Program-made: the position numbers and the translations under genes
NCBI GenBank assembly: GCA_018696395.1
Contig: JABHQR010000023.1
Coordinates: 15,180-79,179, forward strand
Direction of reading: 5' to 3'
DNA length: 64,000 nt
Source of the DNA: an archaeon
GTDB taxonomy: Archaea; Nanobdellota; Nanobdellia; Woesearchaeales; GW2011-AR9
Notes under the pieces: generated by a model
Databases searched by the model: none
Told to the model about the DNA's origin: nothing
Seen by the model: only the letters and a program-made list of their open reading frames with translations
Part shown: piece after piece, positions 40,291 to 49,234 of the stretch
How positions within the stretch are numbered: the stretch's first letter is position 1
Layout of the letters: each line of letters opens with the position of its first letter

Positions 40291-42180
40291 ATGGCAAAGA
40301 AAGCTAAAAGTTCAAAAAAAAGTATTAGTGCAAAGAAAATTACTAAAGCAGGAGAACCACAAAAGTCACCTGCAAAATTAATGGAACAAAAACTTCCGCC
40401 AGAAATGGAAAAGAAATTGAAAGCTATTAAAAATAAGTTAGACACATTTAAAGAAAAAGTTGTTGATAAGTTTGGTGATTATATTGTTGGTATCAGTTTA
40501 TTACCCCCAGAAAAACAAGCACCTGCAAAGCCAGGAGAAAAGCCTGTTGAACAAAAACCAGAAGATCAAAAGATTAATGTTTTAGTTTTAGTTGATGATA
40601 CTACTAGTAAAAAAATGAGTAAAGATGAACTTCATAAAAAGTTCTCAACAATTGTTACTCAGATAGGTAAAGAAGTTGACGAAAAAATCAAACCAGAAAG
40701 TATACTTCTAACAGATGTATGGCAAAGTTGTTATGATGGAAAGTTTGACCTTAACAAAATGATTGCAGTAAGTTCTCCAATTTATGATACAGGTATGCTA
40801 GCAGCAATTAAGATTGCAGAAGTTCACAAATCTATGGTTATCAAAAAGTTCGAAAAATATATTTTAAGTTATGTTCTAGCTGGTTCATTAGTTCAAGGTA
40901 GAGCCACACCAGAATCCGACATTGATGTATGGATCGTAATTGACGATACAGATGTTAAGAAAATGAGTAGAATTGAGTTAAAAGATAAACTTCGAGCAAT
41001 AATTTTAGGTATGGGTATGGAAGCTGGAGAAATTACTGGTGTTAAAAATAAAATTAACATTCAAGTATATATCTTAACAGACTTCTGGGATTCATTAAAA
41101 GAAGCTAACCCAATCATTTTCACTTTATTAAGAGATGGTGTACCTTTCTATGATAGAGGAATTTTCATGCCATGGAAACAATTGTTAAGAATGGGTAAAA
41201 TCAAACCTAGTAGAGAAGCAATTGATATGTTCATGAGTTCTGGAGAACAAATGATTAAGAGAGTTCAGTTAAAGTTGAGGGATATTGGCATGGAAGATTT
41301 ATTCTATGCAACTTTAACTCCATCACAGGCAGCTATAATGTTGTATGGTTTACCACCTCCAACACCTAAAGAAACTCCTGAAGTTTTAGAAGACATTTTC
41401 GTAAAGAAAGAAAAAATGTTGGAAAAAAAATGGATTGATATTTTGAAAAGAAATGTTAAAGTTAGAAAAGATTTGGAACATGGTAGTAAAAAAGAAGTTT
41501 CAGGTAAAGAACTTGATGAAATGATTAAAGATTCAGAAGCTTTCTTGAAAAGGATCAAACAACTATTTGATGAAATCCATTTAAGACATGATCAAAGAAA
41601 TGTGTTACACTTGTATGATGAAGTTATGACAATTATCAGAGATGTCTTAAAAATGGAAGGTGTTGATAAAATTCAAGATGAAGAATTAATTAAAATATTT
41701 GAGAACGAACTAATTTCAACTGCAAAAGTTCCTGCTAAATATTTAAGAGAACTTAACGAAATTGTGGAAGCTAAAAGAAAGTATGATGCAAAGAAACTTA
41801 CCAAAACTGAAGTAGAAAAAGCTAAGAAAGGTAGCATTAAATTGATCAAATTCTTAGTAGAGTACATGCAAAGAAAACGTGGTATAGAACTTGAAAGAGC
41901 TAAAATTAAGATTAAGCATGGTGAAAAGTTTGGAGAGATTACTTTAATGGATAAAGAAGCTTTCATTATCTTTGATATTGATGCTAAAGAAAGACAATAT
42001 TCCAAAGCACAAATCAATCCAGATGGAAGTTTAGGAACTACAAACCCAAGTAACATTGAAGAGTTTGAAAAATCTTTAGCAAAAGCAAAATTCCCAAAGA
42101 GAGTTTTCATTAAAGAAACAATCTTTGAAGATATTAAGCGATTGTTTGGTAATAAAGCAGAAGTTCTGTTACATTATTAG
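40291..42180 (+). CDS. Nucleotidyltransferase-fold protein, 629 aa, with Lys-rich N-terminus and degenerate duplicated module
   Basis: Minimal NTase motif 'GSLVQGRATPESDIDVWIVIDD'. An upstream degenerate repeat 'NVLVLVDDTTSKKMSKDELHKKF' matches 'DVWIVIDDTDVKKMSRIELKDKL'. SD AAGAGGT upstream. Confidence 0.55.
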   Translation: MAKKAKSSKKSISAKKITKAGEPQKSPAKLMEQKLPPEMEKKLKAIKNKLDTFKEKVVDKFGDYIVGISLLPPEKQAPAKPGEKPVEQKPEDQKINVLVLVDDTTSKKMSKDELHKKFSTIVTQIGKEVDEKIKPESILLTDVWQSCYDGKFDLNKMIAVSSPIYDTGMLAAIKIAEVHKSMVIKKFEKYILSYVLAGSLVQGRATPESDIDVWIVIDDTDVKKMSRIELKDKLRAIILGMGMEAGEITGVKNKINIQVYILTDFWDSLKEANPIIFTLLRDGVPFYDRGIFMPWKQLLRMGKIKPSREAIDMFMSSGEQMIKRVQLKLRDIGMEDLFYATLTPSQAAIMLYGLPPPTPKETPEVLEDIFVKKEKMLEKKWIDILKRNVKVRKDLEHGSKKEVSGKELDEMIKDSEAFLKRIKQLFDEIHLRHDQRNVLHLYDEVMTIIRDVLKMEGVDKIQDEELIKIFENELISTAKVPAKYLRELNEIVEAKRKYDAKKLTKTEVEKAKKGSIKLIKFLVEYMQRKRGIELERAKIKIKHGEKFGEITLMDKEAFIIFDIDAKERQYSKAQINPDGSLGTTNPSNIEEFEKSLAKAKFPKRVFIKETIFEDIKRLFGNKAEVLLHY

Positions 42181-42229
42181 TTCTTATTTTTTTTTATTTT
42201 TTCTTATTTTTTAAAAAAAGGTGTTAATT

Positions 42230-43399
42230 ATGGATAATAAAAATAAATTTGCATTAGATTTTCATAAAAAGTATAAAGGTAAAATTGAAGTAATTAGTAA
42301 AGTCCCATTGAATAATAAAAATGATTTGTCAGTTGCATATACACCAGGTGTGGCATACCCATGTCTTGAAATTAATCAAGATGCGAGTAAAATTTATGAT
42401 TATACTTCCAAAGGTAATATGGTTGCAGTTGTGACAGATGGTAGTGCAGTTCTAGGATTAGGAGACATTGGTGCTGGTGCTGGTTTGCCTGTGATGGAAG
42501 GAAAGGCAGTTTTGTTTAAACAATTTGGTGGAGTTGATGCGTTTCCAATTTGTATTGATAGTAAAAATCCTGACATAATTGTTGAAACTGTTAGACTGAT
42601 TAGTCCTGGTTTTGGAGGAATTAATCTTGAGGACATTAGTGCACCAAGATGTTTTGAGATAGAGGATAGATTAAAAAAATTACTTGATATCCCTGTTTTT
42701 CATGATGATCAACACGGTACTGCTATTGTTGTTCTTGCTGGTTTAATTAATGCTTCAAAAATTATTGGTAAAGACATATGTGATCTTAAGGTTATTTTTA
42801 GTGGAGCAGGTGCTGCTGGCATAGCATGCGCTAACCTTTTGTTAAAAGTTGGAATTAAAAACATTATCATGTGTGATTCCAAAGGTGCAATTTTTGAAAA
42901 TCGTGAAAACTTGAATAGTGTTAAATTAGAGATGTCTAAAATCACTAACAAAGAAAATAAAAAAGGAACACTTAGTGATGTTATCGTTGGAGCTAATGTT
43001 TTTATTGGAGTTAGTGCACCAGGAGTTTTGACCAAGGAGATGGTTTCTAGTATGAGTAAAAATGCTATTATCTTTGCTATGGCTAATCCTGTTCCAGAAA
43101 TTATGCCAAATGATGCATTAAGTGCAGGTGCAGCAGTTGTTGCTACTGGAAGAAGCGATTTTCCAAATCAGATCAATAATGTTCTTGCTTTTCCAGGTGT
43201 TTTTCGTGGTGCACTTGATGTTAGAGCTAGTAAGATTACTGATAATATGAAAATAGCTGCTGCTAAAGCTCTTGCAAAATTGGTTGAAAACCCAACTAAA
43301 GATAAAATTATCCCAAGTCCTTTTGACAAAAATGTTGCAAATGTGATTGCTGACGCAGTTAAAAAGAAAGCTATTGAAGAAGGGTTAAATAGAATTTAA
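42230..43399 (+). CDS. NAD(P)-dependent malic enzyme (small prokaryotic form), ~390 aa
   Basis: 'LSVAYTPGVAYPCLEI', 'VVTDGSAVLGLGDIGAGAGLPVMEGKAVLFKQFGGVDAFPICID', and the dinucleotide-binding 'FSGAGAAGIACANLL'. The track start at 42221 is a GTG inside the SD, so the ATG at 42230 is more likely. Confidence 0.85.
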   Translation: MDNKNKFALDFHKKYKGKIEVISKVPLNNKNDLSVAYTPGVAYPCLEINQDASKIYDYTSKGNMVAVVTDGSAVLGLGDIGAGAGLPVMEGKAVLFKQFGGVDAFPICIDSKNPDIIVETVRLISPGFGGINLEDISAPRCFEIEDRLKKLLDIPVFHDDQHGTAIVVLAGLINASKIIGKDICDLKVIFSGAGAAGIACANLLLKVGIKNIIMCDSKGAIFENRENLNSVKLEMSKITNKENKKGTLSDVIVGANVFIGVSAPGVLTKEMVSSMSKNAIIFAMANPVPEIMPNDALSAGAAVVATGRSDFPNQINNVLAFPGVFRGALDVRASKITDNMKIAAAKALAKLVENPTKDKIIPSPFDKNVANVIADAVKKKAIEEGLNRI

Positions 43400-43407
43400 A
43401 AAAAATT

Positions 43408-44127
43408 TTATTTCTTCAGATACCATTGCCTTTTATTTTCTTCAAATTTTTCTATAGCGTACCTCAACATTGTTCTGGGCATGGTTTTATAATGTTGTTT
43501 CAAGAATTTTTCTTCTACTTCTTGATTCCTCTTACCAATTTCCCTCAACATCCATCCCACTGCTTTATGTATTAAGTCATGGTGATCATATAACAAGATT
43601 TTAGAAATTTTTAACGAATCTTCAAATTGATTATTCCTAATAAACGCAAATGTAGAAATAACAGAAATTCTTCTTTCCCAAAGATCTTTTGATTTAGCTA
43701 AATCATAAAGTATTTTTCTATCTTTAAGATTTTCTTTTTCCAGTAAGTATTCCCCCAATATGTAATGTGCAGAAGAGTCTACTAAATCCCAATTGTTAAT
43801 GTATTTAGTATTATCCAGATAAAGATTAACAATTTTTCTTTGTTCTAAATCATTATTATTCTTTTTCGCTTTCTTATATTTGTTAACCAATATGATTAAA
43901 GCACCTAACCTGTATTCATGAATATTAGTTTGAAGAAGTTTAACAAGATCAGTTAAGTTCATTTCATAATATCTCTTTGCAACTTCCCTTAGTTTGGGAA
44001 CCCTCATTCCTAAAAAAATATCACCTTCACCATATTCACCTTTACCAGTTTTAAAAAATCTAGAATAGTTTTTAGATAACTCCTTATCAGCTAAATTGTT
44101 TAAATCTTGTTTTATTTGGTTTAACAT
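43408..44127 (-). CDS. DNA alkylation repair (AlkD/AlkC-like HEAT repeat) protein, putative
   Basis: 'NNWDLVDSSAHYILG' and 'HDLIHKAVGWMLREIG' resemble the pfam DNA_alkylation family. Length 239 aa. Confidence 0.45.
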   Translation of the reverse strand: MLNQIKQDLNNLADKELSKNYSRFFKTGKGEYGEGDIFLGMRVPKLREVAKRYYEMNLTDLVKLLQTNIHEYRLGALIILVNKYKKAKKNNNDLEQRKIVNLYLDNTKYINNWDLVDSSAHYILGEYLLEKENLKDRKILYDLAKSKDLWERRISVISTFAFIRNNQFEDSLKISKILLYDHHDLIHKAVGWMLREIGKRNQEVEEKFLKQHYKTMPRTMLRYAIEKFEENKRQWYLKK

Positions 44128-44163
44128 TTTTATATTTAAATTAATTTTATAGATATTTCCAAT

Positions 44164-45084
44164 TCATTTCCGGATAACATAAAATATTTCATTCTTTTCT
44201 AGGATTATTTCAAAAATATAATTTAATCTATTACACATTAATTTAACCCAGTTACGCTTAGGATAATTCATTTTCTTACCACTGATAGTTAATGTTGGAA
44301 AACTAAGCACTACAAACTCTGCTGGAACATTAACAATAATTTCTTCAGTAACTTTATGTCCTTTACCTTGTTCCAACACATCAGACATTTTTAATAAGAA
44401 ACATATATCAAAAGCAGGAAGAGTTTCAATTTCATGCCAGTTAAGTAAATTGAAAACTTTAGCTTGACCTTTAAAATAAGGAAATTGATTATTAATTTTA
44501 ACAAAACATTTATTTAATTGATCAATCTCAGATTCGTTAAGATCATAAGCATAATATATTAATCCTTTAGTTCTTCTATTATCTAAAATATTCATATTAA
44601 TTATTGATAATGGATTAAGGCCCGCCCCCAGGTCTATGATTGAATCTGGCTTGCCAGTAATTTTGAAAATCTTTTGATACAAAGAAGAATAAAAATCTAA
44701 TCTTTCGTTAGTAGAAGCATGTGTTTTCATAATATTGTTAATAATAAGTTCAGTGTTTTTCCAATCATCAACTTTTTCATTTTCAAGTTGATCAATTAAA
44801 TGTTCACGTTCTTTATCTTTAGTTTCATTCCTAAACATAGAATGATATTTTCTTAACCTTGCTCTAACTGATTTTACAATCAATTTATAATCCTTACATT
44901 TAGGATTAATCTCTTTATTTCTAGAAGAAAGGTACTTAACCCCCCCTTTATCTCTTTTAAGAAATTCAAATAATTGGTCACGAACAAACTCTTTATCAAT
45001 ATCCTGAAGTTCTTTCTTCACTATAATAGAATTTAATATTTGTCCTATTCTTTCTTCATCAAGAGTTTTACCATCAACATACAT
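44164..45084 (-). CDS. SAM-dependent methyltransferase, putative (RNA/tRNA MTase-like)
   Basis: Motif I-like 'SIIDLGAGLNPLS', followed by an acidic 'YYAYDLNESE' (motif II-like). Confidence 0.4.
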   Translation of the reverse strand: MYVDGKTLDEERIGQILNSIIVKKELQDIDKEFVRDQLFEFLKRDKGGVKYLSSRNKEINPKCKDYKLIVKSVRARLRKYHSMFRNETKDKEREHLIDQLENEKVDDWKNTELIINNIMKTHASTNERLDFYSSLYQKIFKITGKPDSIIDLGAGLNPLSIINMNILDNRRTKGLIYYAYDLNESEIDQLNKCFVKINNQFPYFKGQAKVFNLLNWHEIETLPAFDICFLLKMSDVLEQGKGHKVTEEIIVNVPAEFVVLSFPTLTISGKKMNYPKRNWVKLMCNRLNYIFEIILEKNEIFYVIRK

Positions 45085-45146
45085 AACATGTTAAAGTAAG
45101 TTGTGTTATAAAAAGTTTTTTAAAGGTAATAAGAATAAACTTAGAT

Positions 45147-45836
45147 ATGTCTAACATTAATTGGAAAGAATCTTTTGAAAAAGTTAAGTTAAACACAAAG
45201 AAATTTTGGAACTTTTTATGGAACAGTGATTCAGCTGCCAGTTGGATTCTTAACATAATATTAGCATTCATTCTAATCAAATTTATAGTATACCCATTAT
45301 TAGGGATAGTTTTAGGAACAGGTTTCCCAGTAGTAGCAGTAATTAGTGAAAGTATGGAACATGATTTGTATGAGGGAGTTATTTGTGGCCAATCTTTCAG
45401 TGAATTTCCAAATGGTTTTGATAGTTATTGGAATATTTGTGGTTATTGGTATGAAGACATGAATGTCACAAAAGAAGAATTTGAAGAATTTCCGATACAT
45501 AATGGATTTAATCGTGGAGACATAATTGTATTATGGAGAGCAGACAGCACTAATACTGAAGTAGGAGACATAATTGTATTTCAAGGACCTAAACCACAAC
45601 CAATTATCCATAGAGTTGTTGATACTTGGACTGTAGAAAACGAAATTGGAGAATTAGAATATTTTTACCATACTAAAGGTGATCATAACAAAGATAGTTT
45701 TGGTGGTGACATGGGCGAGTTAGAGATTAGTGAAGATAGAATTTATGGTAAAGCATTATTCAAGATACCATATTTAGGTTGGGTCAAAATAGGTTTTGCA
45801 GAACTAATTGGGTTAGTTGGCGTAGAAATGAGTTGA
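45147..45836 (+). CDS. Signal peptidase I, archaeal/eukaryotic Sec11-type
   Basis: N-terminal TM, then 'VISESMEHDLYEG' (catalytic Ser box). 'GDIIVLWRA...GDIIVFQGP...PIIHRVVD' gives the conserved His box. Confidence 0.6.
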   Translation: MSNINWKESFEKVKLNTKKFWNFLWNSDSAASWILNIILAFILIKFIVYPLLGIVLGTGFPVVAVISESMEHDLYEGVICGQSFSEFPNGFDSYWNICGYWYEDMNVTKEEFEEFPIHNGFNRGDIIVLWRADSTNTEVGDIIVFQGPKPQPIIHRVVDTWTVENEIGELEYFYHTKGDHNKDSFGGDMGELEISEDRIYGKALFKIPYLGWVKIGFAELIGLVGVEMS

Positions 45837-46553
45837 TTACTTCTTCTTCTTAGCGTTCTTCCACATAAATTCAAAATATGCTTGATAAGATTTTGCAGCG
45901 TCAGGATTTTCTATAATAATTGCTTCAGGCGTTTCTGTCCAAACGATTATTGCAATTTTATCACCATAAATGTTAGTTACCACATTTGAACGAACATCCT
46001 TATCAACAAACCGATAACTGGTCCCTTTAGAAGATCTTTCTAATCTACTTGGAAAAGCTAAATTTTTAGTTTTCATTCCTTTAAAATTTTGTTCGCGAAT
46101 AAACTGTTTAACAAACACGGGTAAACGTTTACTTAACTGTCCTTCAGAACCAAATACATAATTATCTTTTCCTTCACGAAGAATATCCTTTAATACAGAT
46201 TTAACTCCACGCTCACCTTTAAACATACGAACATTCCCACTAGTTTTAGTTTCTCTATGACGTTTTGACAAATGAGGGATAATATTCTTAACTGCATCTT
46301 CTTGTTCTTTAATATATTCTAATAACCTAGAAGGTGAAGTTGCTTGAAATAATTTAATTTTACCAAGAGTAGCATAAGATATTAATCCTTTGTAAACTAA
46401 AGAATTAATTGCACCATAAGCAGAGGATCTTTGTATTTCAGTACCTTTAGCAATTTTCCCTGCTTTACTTTGACCATGATCAATTAGATATAAATAAACT
46501 TTAATTTCATTTGGACTAAGTCCAATTTTTTCTAATGATTTTATGACATCCAT
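45837..46553 (-). CDS. TrmB-family transcriptional regulator
   Basis: N-terminal wHTH 'LEKIGLSPNEIKVYLYLIDHGQSKAGKIAKGTEIQRSSAYGAINSLVYKGLISY' plus a C-terminal sensor-like domain. 238 aa. Confidence 0.65.
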   Translation of the reverse strand: MDVIKSLEKIGLSPNEIKVYLYLIDHGQSKAGKIAKGTEIQRSSAYGAINSLVYKGLISYATLGKIKLFQATSPSRLLEYIKEQEDAVKNIIPHLSKRHRETKTSGNVRMFKGERGVKSVLKDILREGKDNYVFGSEGQLSKRLPVFVKQFIREQNFKGMKTKNLAFPSRLERSSKGTSYRFVDKDVRSNVVTNIYGDKIAIIVWTETPEAIIIENPDAAKSYQAYFEFMWKNAKKKK

Positions 46554-46596
46554 ATTTACTAGAGTTATTATTCATACATATAAAACTTTTCTTTTT

Positions 46597-46614
46597 ATTG
46601 TCCAGATTTGGACA
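46597..46614. promoter_or_regulatory. Perfect 7-bp inverted repeat TTGTCCA-gatt-TGGACAA, candidate operator
   Basis: The palindrome lies 45-60 nt upstream of the TrmB-like gene start, in a divergent promoter region with a TATA-like 'CATATAAAA' at 46573-46582. Confidence 0.35.
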
Positions 46615-46683
46615 ACACAAGTTAATATAACACCTAGTTCTAAAACATACCTGAGAGAAAGGTAATAGAGGAAAGGAGGAAAA

Positions 46684-46839
46684 ATGGAACAAAAATATCA
46701 ACCAAAAGAAGTGCCAGAAAAACAAAAGAAAAAAGATCTTGACCTAAGATACTTACTAGAAAAAACGAAACAAGATGAGTGGTATGGGATCTGCAAAGGC
46801 AGTGAACTAGAACAAGAACTTGGAAAATATCAATGGTAA
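46684..46839 (+). CDS. Small protein, 51 aa
   Basis: Strong SD 'AGGAAAGGAGGAAAA' directly before the ATG. Sequence MEQKYQPKEVPEKQKKKDLDLRYLLEKTKQDEWYGICKGSELEQELGKYQW. The overlapping minus-strand ORFs are low-complexity antisense artefacts. Confidence 0.45.
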   Translation: MEQKYQPKEVPEKQKKKDLDLRYLLEKTKQDEWYGICKGSELEQELGKYQW

Positions 46840-46864
46840 ATAGACTAAAGAATGAGGTCAAAAA

Positions 46865-47014
46865 ATGATGCAAACACAAAACCAAACAGATGAACAACTA
46901 AGCAAGAAAGTTGATGAGATACAAGAATTCTTGATGTGTAGAAACCCAAACTGGTCACAAGACAAAGCAAGGTGGATGGCATTACAAGCCACAGGGGTAC
47001 TGAAACCAAGGTAA
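46865..47014 (+). CDS. Small protein, 49 aa
   Basis: SD 'GAGGT' before the ATG. Sequence MMQTQNQTDEQLSKKVDEIQEFLMCRNPNWSQDKARWMALQATGVLKPR. Confidence 0.4.
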   Translation: MMQTQNQTDEQLSKKVDEIQEFLMCRNPNWSQDKARWMALQATGVLKPR

Positions 47015-47043
47015 TGAAAATAAGTGATAGATGTGGAGAAAAA

Positions 47044-47586
47044 ATGAGAAAATTAAACGAGGAAGATAAAAAACGAGTAATTGAATTAGAAGAGTTAGTT
47101 GCTGAGTATGAAGAAAAAATAGATGAGATACACCCAAAATTAAGAATTGCAAAAAATAGATATGAAAGTCTAAGAGCACAAAACATGAGGTTATGGGATA
47201 AAAAAAGTTTTTACAAAAGAGAAATTGAAGAGATCACCAACCCTAAACCGAGAGAACCAGAGTATCTTAATGCAGAGGAACATCCTGATAAAGAAAACTT
47301 ATTTGGAATAAAAATGATCTGTACATCAAAATGTAGGGCATACAGCATTGATCTAATCCCAGTAAATGAGATGAAATGGACAGTAAGACAATATTATGTA
47401 GACATAGAAATGCCTGCAGACCCATCAGATAGAGGGTCTATAGTATTGAAAGATGGAAAGTATCACTGTTTCAACAAAAAAAGAGAAAGAATAGTCGAAG
47501 CATTAGACATCTTTTATAGGAGGGTAGAATGTGAAGAAAAAAACTCAAAATATCTTTTCAATGGCGAACACAAAGGATACGAATAA
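47044..47586 (+). CDS. Hypothetical coiled-coil/C4-containing protein (~180 aa; track ORF extends upstream to 46972)
   Basis: ATG 47044 preceded by SD 'GGAG'. Sequence 'MRKLNEEDKKRVIELEELVAEYEEKIDEIHPKLR...'. Confidence 0.45.
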   Translation: MRKLNEEDKKRVIELEELVAEYEEKIDEIHPKLRIAKNRYESLRAQNMRLWDKKSFYKREIEEITNPKPREPEYLNAEEHPDKENLFGIKMICTSKCRAYSIDLIPVNEMKWTVRQYYVDIEMPADPSDRGSIVLKDGKYHCFNKKRERIVEALDIFYRRVECEEKNSKYLFNGEHKGYE

Positions 47587-47638
47587 GAAAAGAAAAAGAC
47601 TAACAAAAAGAGATAGAAAAGTAGATGTGGGAGAAAAA

Positions 47639-48214
47639 ATGAAAAAAAGAATTATCCTGGCATCAGGAAGTCCAAGAAGGAAAGATTTGCTAACACAATT
47701 AGGAATTGATTTTGAAATAATCCCTAGCGAATACGAAGAAGATATGACTATTCAACTCCCCCCTAAAGAACTAGTACAATACCTTGCCAAAGGTAAAGCT
47801 CGTGATGTTGCAGATAAATATAACGATGCACTAATTATCGGAGCAGACACGTTCATAACAGTTAACGAAAAAATAATGGGAAAACCGAAAGACTACAACG
47901 AAGCAAAAGAAATGCTCAAAGCAACATCTAACCAAGTAGTTAAAATTCACACAGGAGTATGCATAATTAACACAAAAAATAACGAAGAATGGATTGACTA
48001 TGATTTAACAAAAATCCACATAAAAAAAATGAGTGAAAAAGATATTGAAAGTTACCTAAGTAAAGGCGAGTGGAAAGACAAAGCAGGTGCAATGGGGATA
48101 CAAGGAAATTCAGCACCATACATTCAAAAAATTGAAGGCAGTTACAGTAATGCTATGGGCTTTCCACTGGAAAAAGTGAGTGATAGATTAAAACAATGGA
48201 GGAAAGAAAAATGA
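47639..48214 (+). CDS. maf: Maf-like nucleoside triphosphate pyrophosphatase
   Basis: 'IILASGSPRRKDLLTQLGIDFEIIPSEYEED' and 'GADTFITVNEKIMGKP'. ATG 47639 follows SD 'GTGGGAG', giving ~191 aa, typical of Maf. Confidence 0.8.
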   Translation: MKKRIILASGSPRRKDLLTQLGIDFEIIPSEYEEDMTIQLPPKELVQYLAKGKARDVADKYNDALIIGADTFITVNEKIMGKPKDYNEAKEMLKATSNQVVKIHTGVCIINTKNNEEWIDYDLTKIHIKKMSEKDIESYLSKGEWKDKAGAMGIQGNSAPYIQKIEGSYSNAMGFPLEKVSDRLKQWRKEK

Positions 48215-48402
48215 AAAACTACGAACCAAAAGTAAGTGAATTAGTACGAAGAATCAAAGCAGAAGACAGTTATGACACTAAAGCGAAACTATTTACTCAG
48301 CTAGGAGATTTAAGAACTGAACAATATCAAAGAGCTCAGAAATTAGCAGAAAATTGTTATCAAGCTGCTGAAAGATTCTTAGATAGAATTAAGAATGAAT
48401 AA
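48211..48402 (+). CDS. Small helical protein, ~63 aa
   Basis: SD 'GGAGGAAAG' precedes ATG 48211, overlapping the Maf 3' end. Sequence MKNYEPKVSELVRRIKAEDSYDTKAKLFTQLGDLRTEQYQRAQKLAEN... Confidence 0.4.
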   Translation: MKNYEPKVSELVRRIKAEDSYDTKAKLFTQLGDLRTEQYQRAQKLAENCYQAAERFLDRIKNE

Positions 48403-48441
48403 ATGATTTATTTTTCTTTTTTTAATTATAAAATAAAAAAA

Positions 48442-48762
48442 TTAAGAATGATATTCCCTAAGAATCCCCATTACCTTTTCTAAACTTGGGACTTGTTCTA
48501 ACTTGGAATAAATATCTTCTTTAATTTCAGGAGAAACTTTCTCTTTAACAACATCAAGATCAATCCTAAATATGTACATAGGTGCATAAGTAATTATTTC
48601 TAATGGCCTCTCTTCCCCTACATCAACTAGAACATATTTATGGAAATCTCTCCCTTTTTCATTAACATCCCTGATTGAATAAGGTGATTTTGAAAATAAG
48701 TCATCAATCTGCTCTACACCTGCAACACCAATATGTGCATCATATTCAACCATTCTTGCCAT
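48442..48762 (-). CDS. Hypothetical protein, 106 aa
   Basis: ORF with balanced composition. No motif. Confidence 0.4.
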   Translation of the reverse strand: MARMVEYDAHIGVAGVEQIDDLFSKSPYSIRDVNEKGRDFHKYVLVDVGEERPLEIITYAPMYIFRIDLDVVKEKVSPEIKEDIYSKLEQVPSLEKVMGILREYHS

Positions 48763-48902
48763 ATTAATTGATTAATTTGTTATTTTAAAAAAGATTATGG
48801 TAATGGAAAATGAATAATTGATTAACAAAACAGAATAATATCAATAAATTTTTAAAAGAAAGCTCAATTTAGGTCAAAGTTAAGAATGAAAGGTGATCTA
48901 TA

Positions 48903-49220
48903 ATGTTTTGTCCAAAATGTGGAACTATACTAAGAGTTAAAGAAAAAGCAAAGAAAAAAGTACTTTTCTGTGGAAATTGTAATTATACCAAATCTCCTGA
49001 AGAAGGAGAAAAAATGGAACTTAAAGAAAAAGTAAGTACTGGTAAACAAGTAGAAGTTATTGAAAAAACTGAACTTCTTCCAAAAATAAGGGCACAATGT
49101 AAGAAATGTGATAATGATGTAGCATATTATTGGTCATACCAAACAAGGTCTGCTGACGAACCGGAAACTAGATTTTTCAAATGTACTAAATGCGGACATA
49201 CTTGGCGAGAATATTCATAA
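48903..49220 (+). CDS. tfs: Transcription factor S / RNA polymerase subunit M (TFIIS-type zinc ribbon)
   Basis: N-terminal Zn ribbon 'CPKCG...CGNC' and C-terminal 'QTRSADEPETRFFKCTKCGHTW' (TFIIS/RPB9 signature). SD AAAGGTGAT upstream. Confidence 0.8.
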   Translation: MFCPKCGTILRVKEKAKKKVLFCGNCNYTKSPEEGEKMELKEKVSTGKQVEVIEKTELLPKIRAQCKKCDNDVAYYWSYQTRSADEPETRFFKCTKCGHTWREYS

Positions 49221-49234
49221 TTAATCTAAATTAA

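Noticed and set aside
41304-43035. Antisense ORFs 41304..41558, 41673..42110, 42400..42636 and 42709..43035
   Set aside because: They lie opposite the well-supported NTase and malic-enzyme genes. Their composition is Ser/Leu/Phe-rich, which is typical of antisense reading of Lys/Glu-rich genes.
45074-45500. ORFs 45074..45280 and 45312..45500 on the minus strand
   Set aside because: The first overlaps the methyltransferase start region and the second is antisense to the signal peptidase. Neither has an SD or a plausible composition.
46516-47186. Four overlapping minus-strand ORFs (46516..46725, 46640..46897, 46845..47186, 46982..47179)
   Set aside because: Their products are hydrophobic low-complexity strings, mutually overlapping and antisense to SD-led plus-strand ORFs. 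I interpreted them as artefacts of Lys/Glu-rich coding on the other strand.
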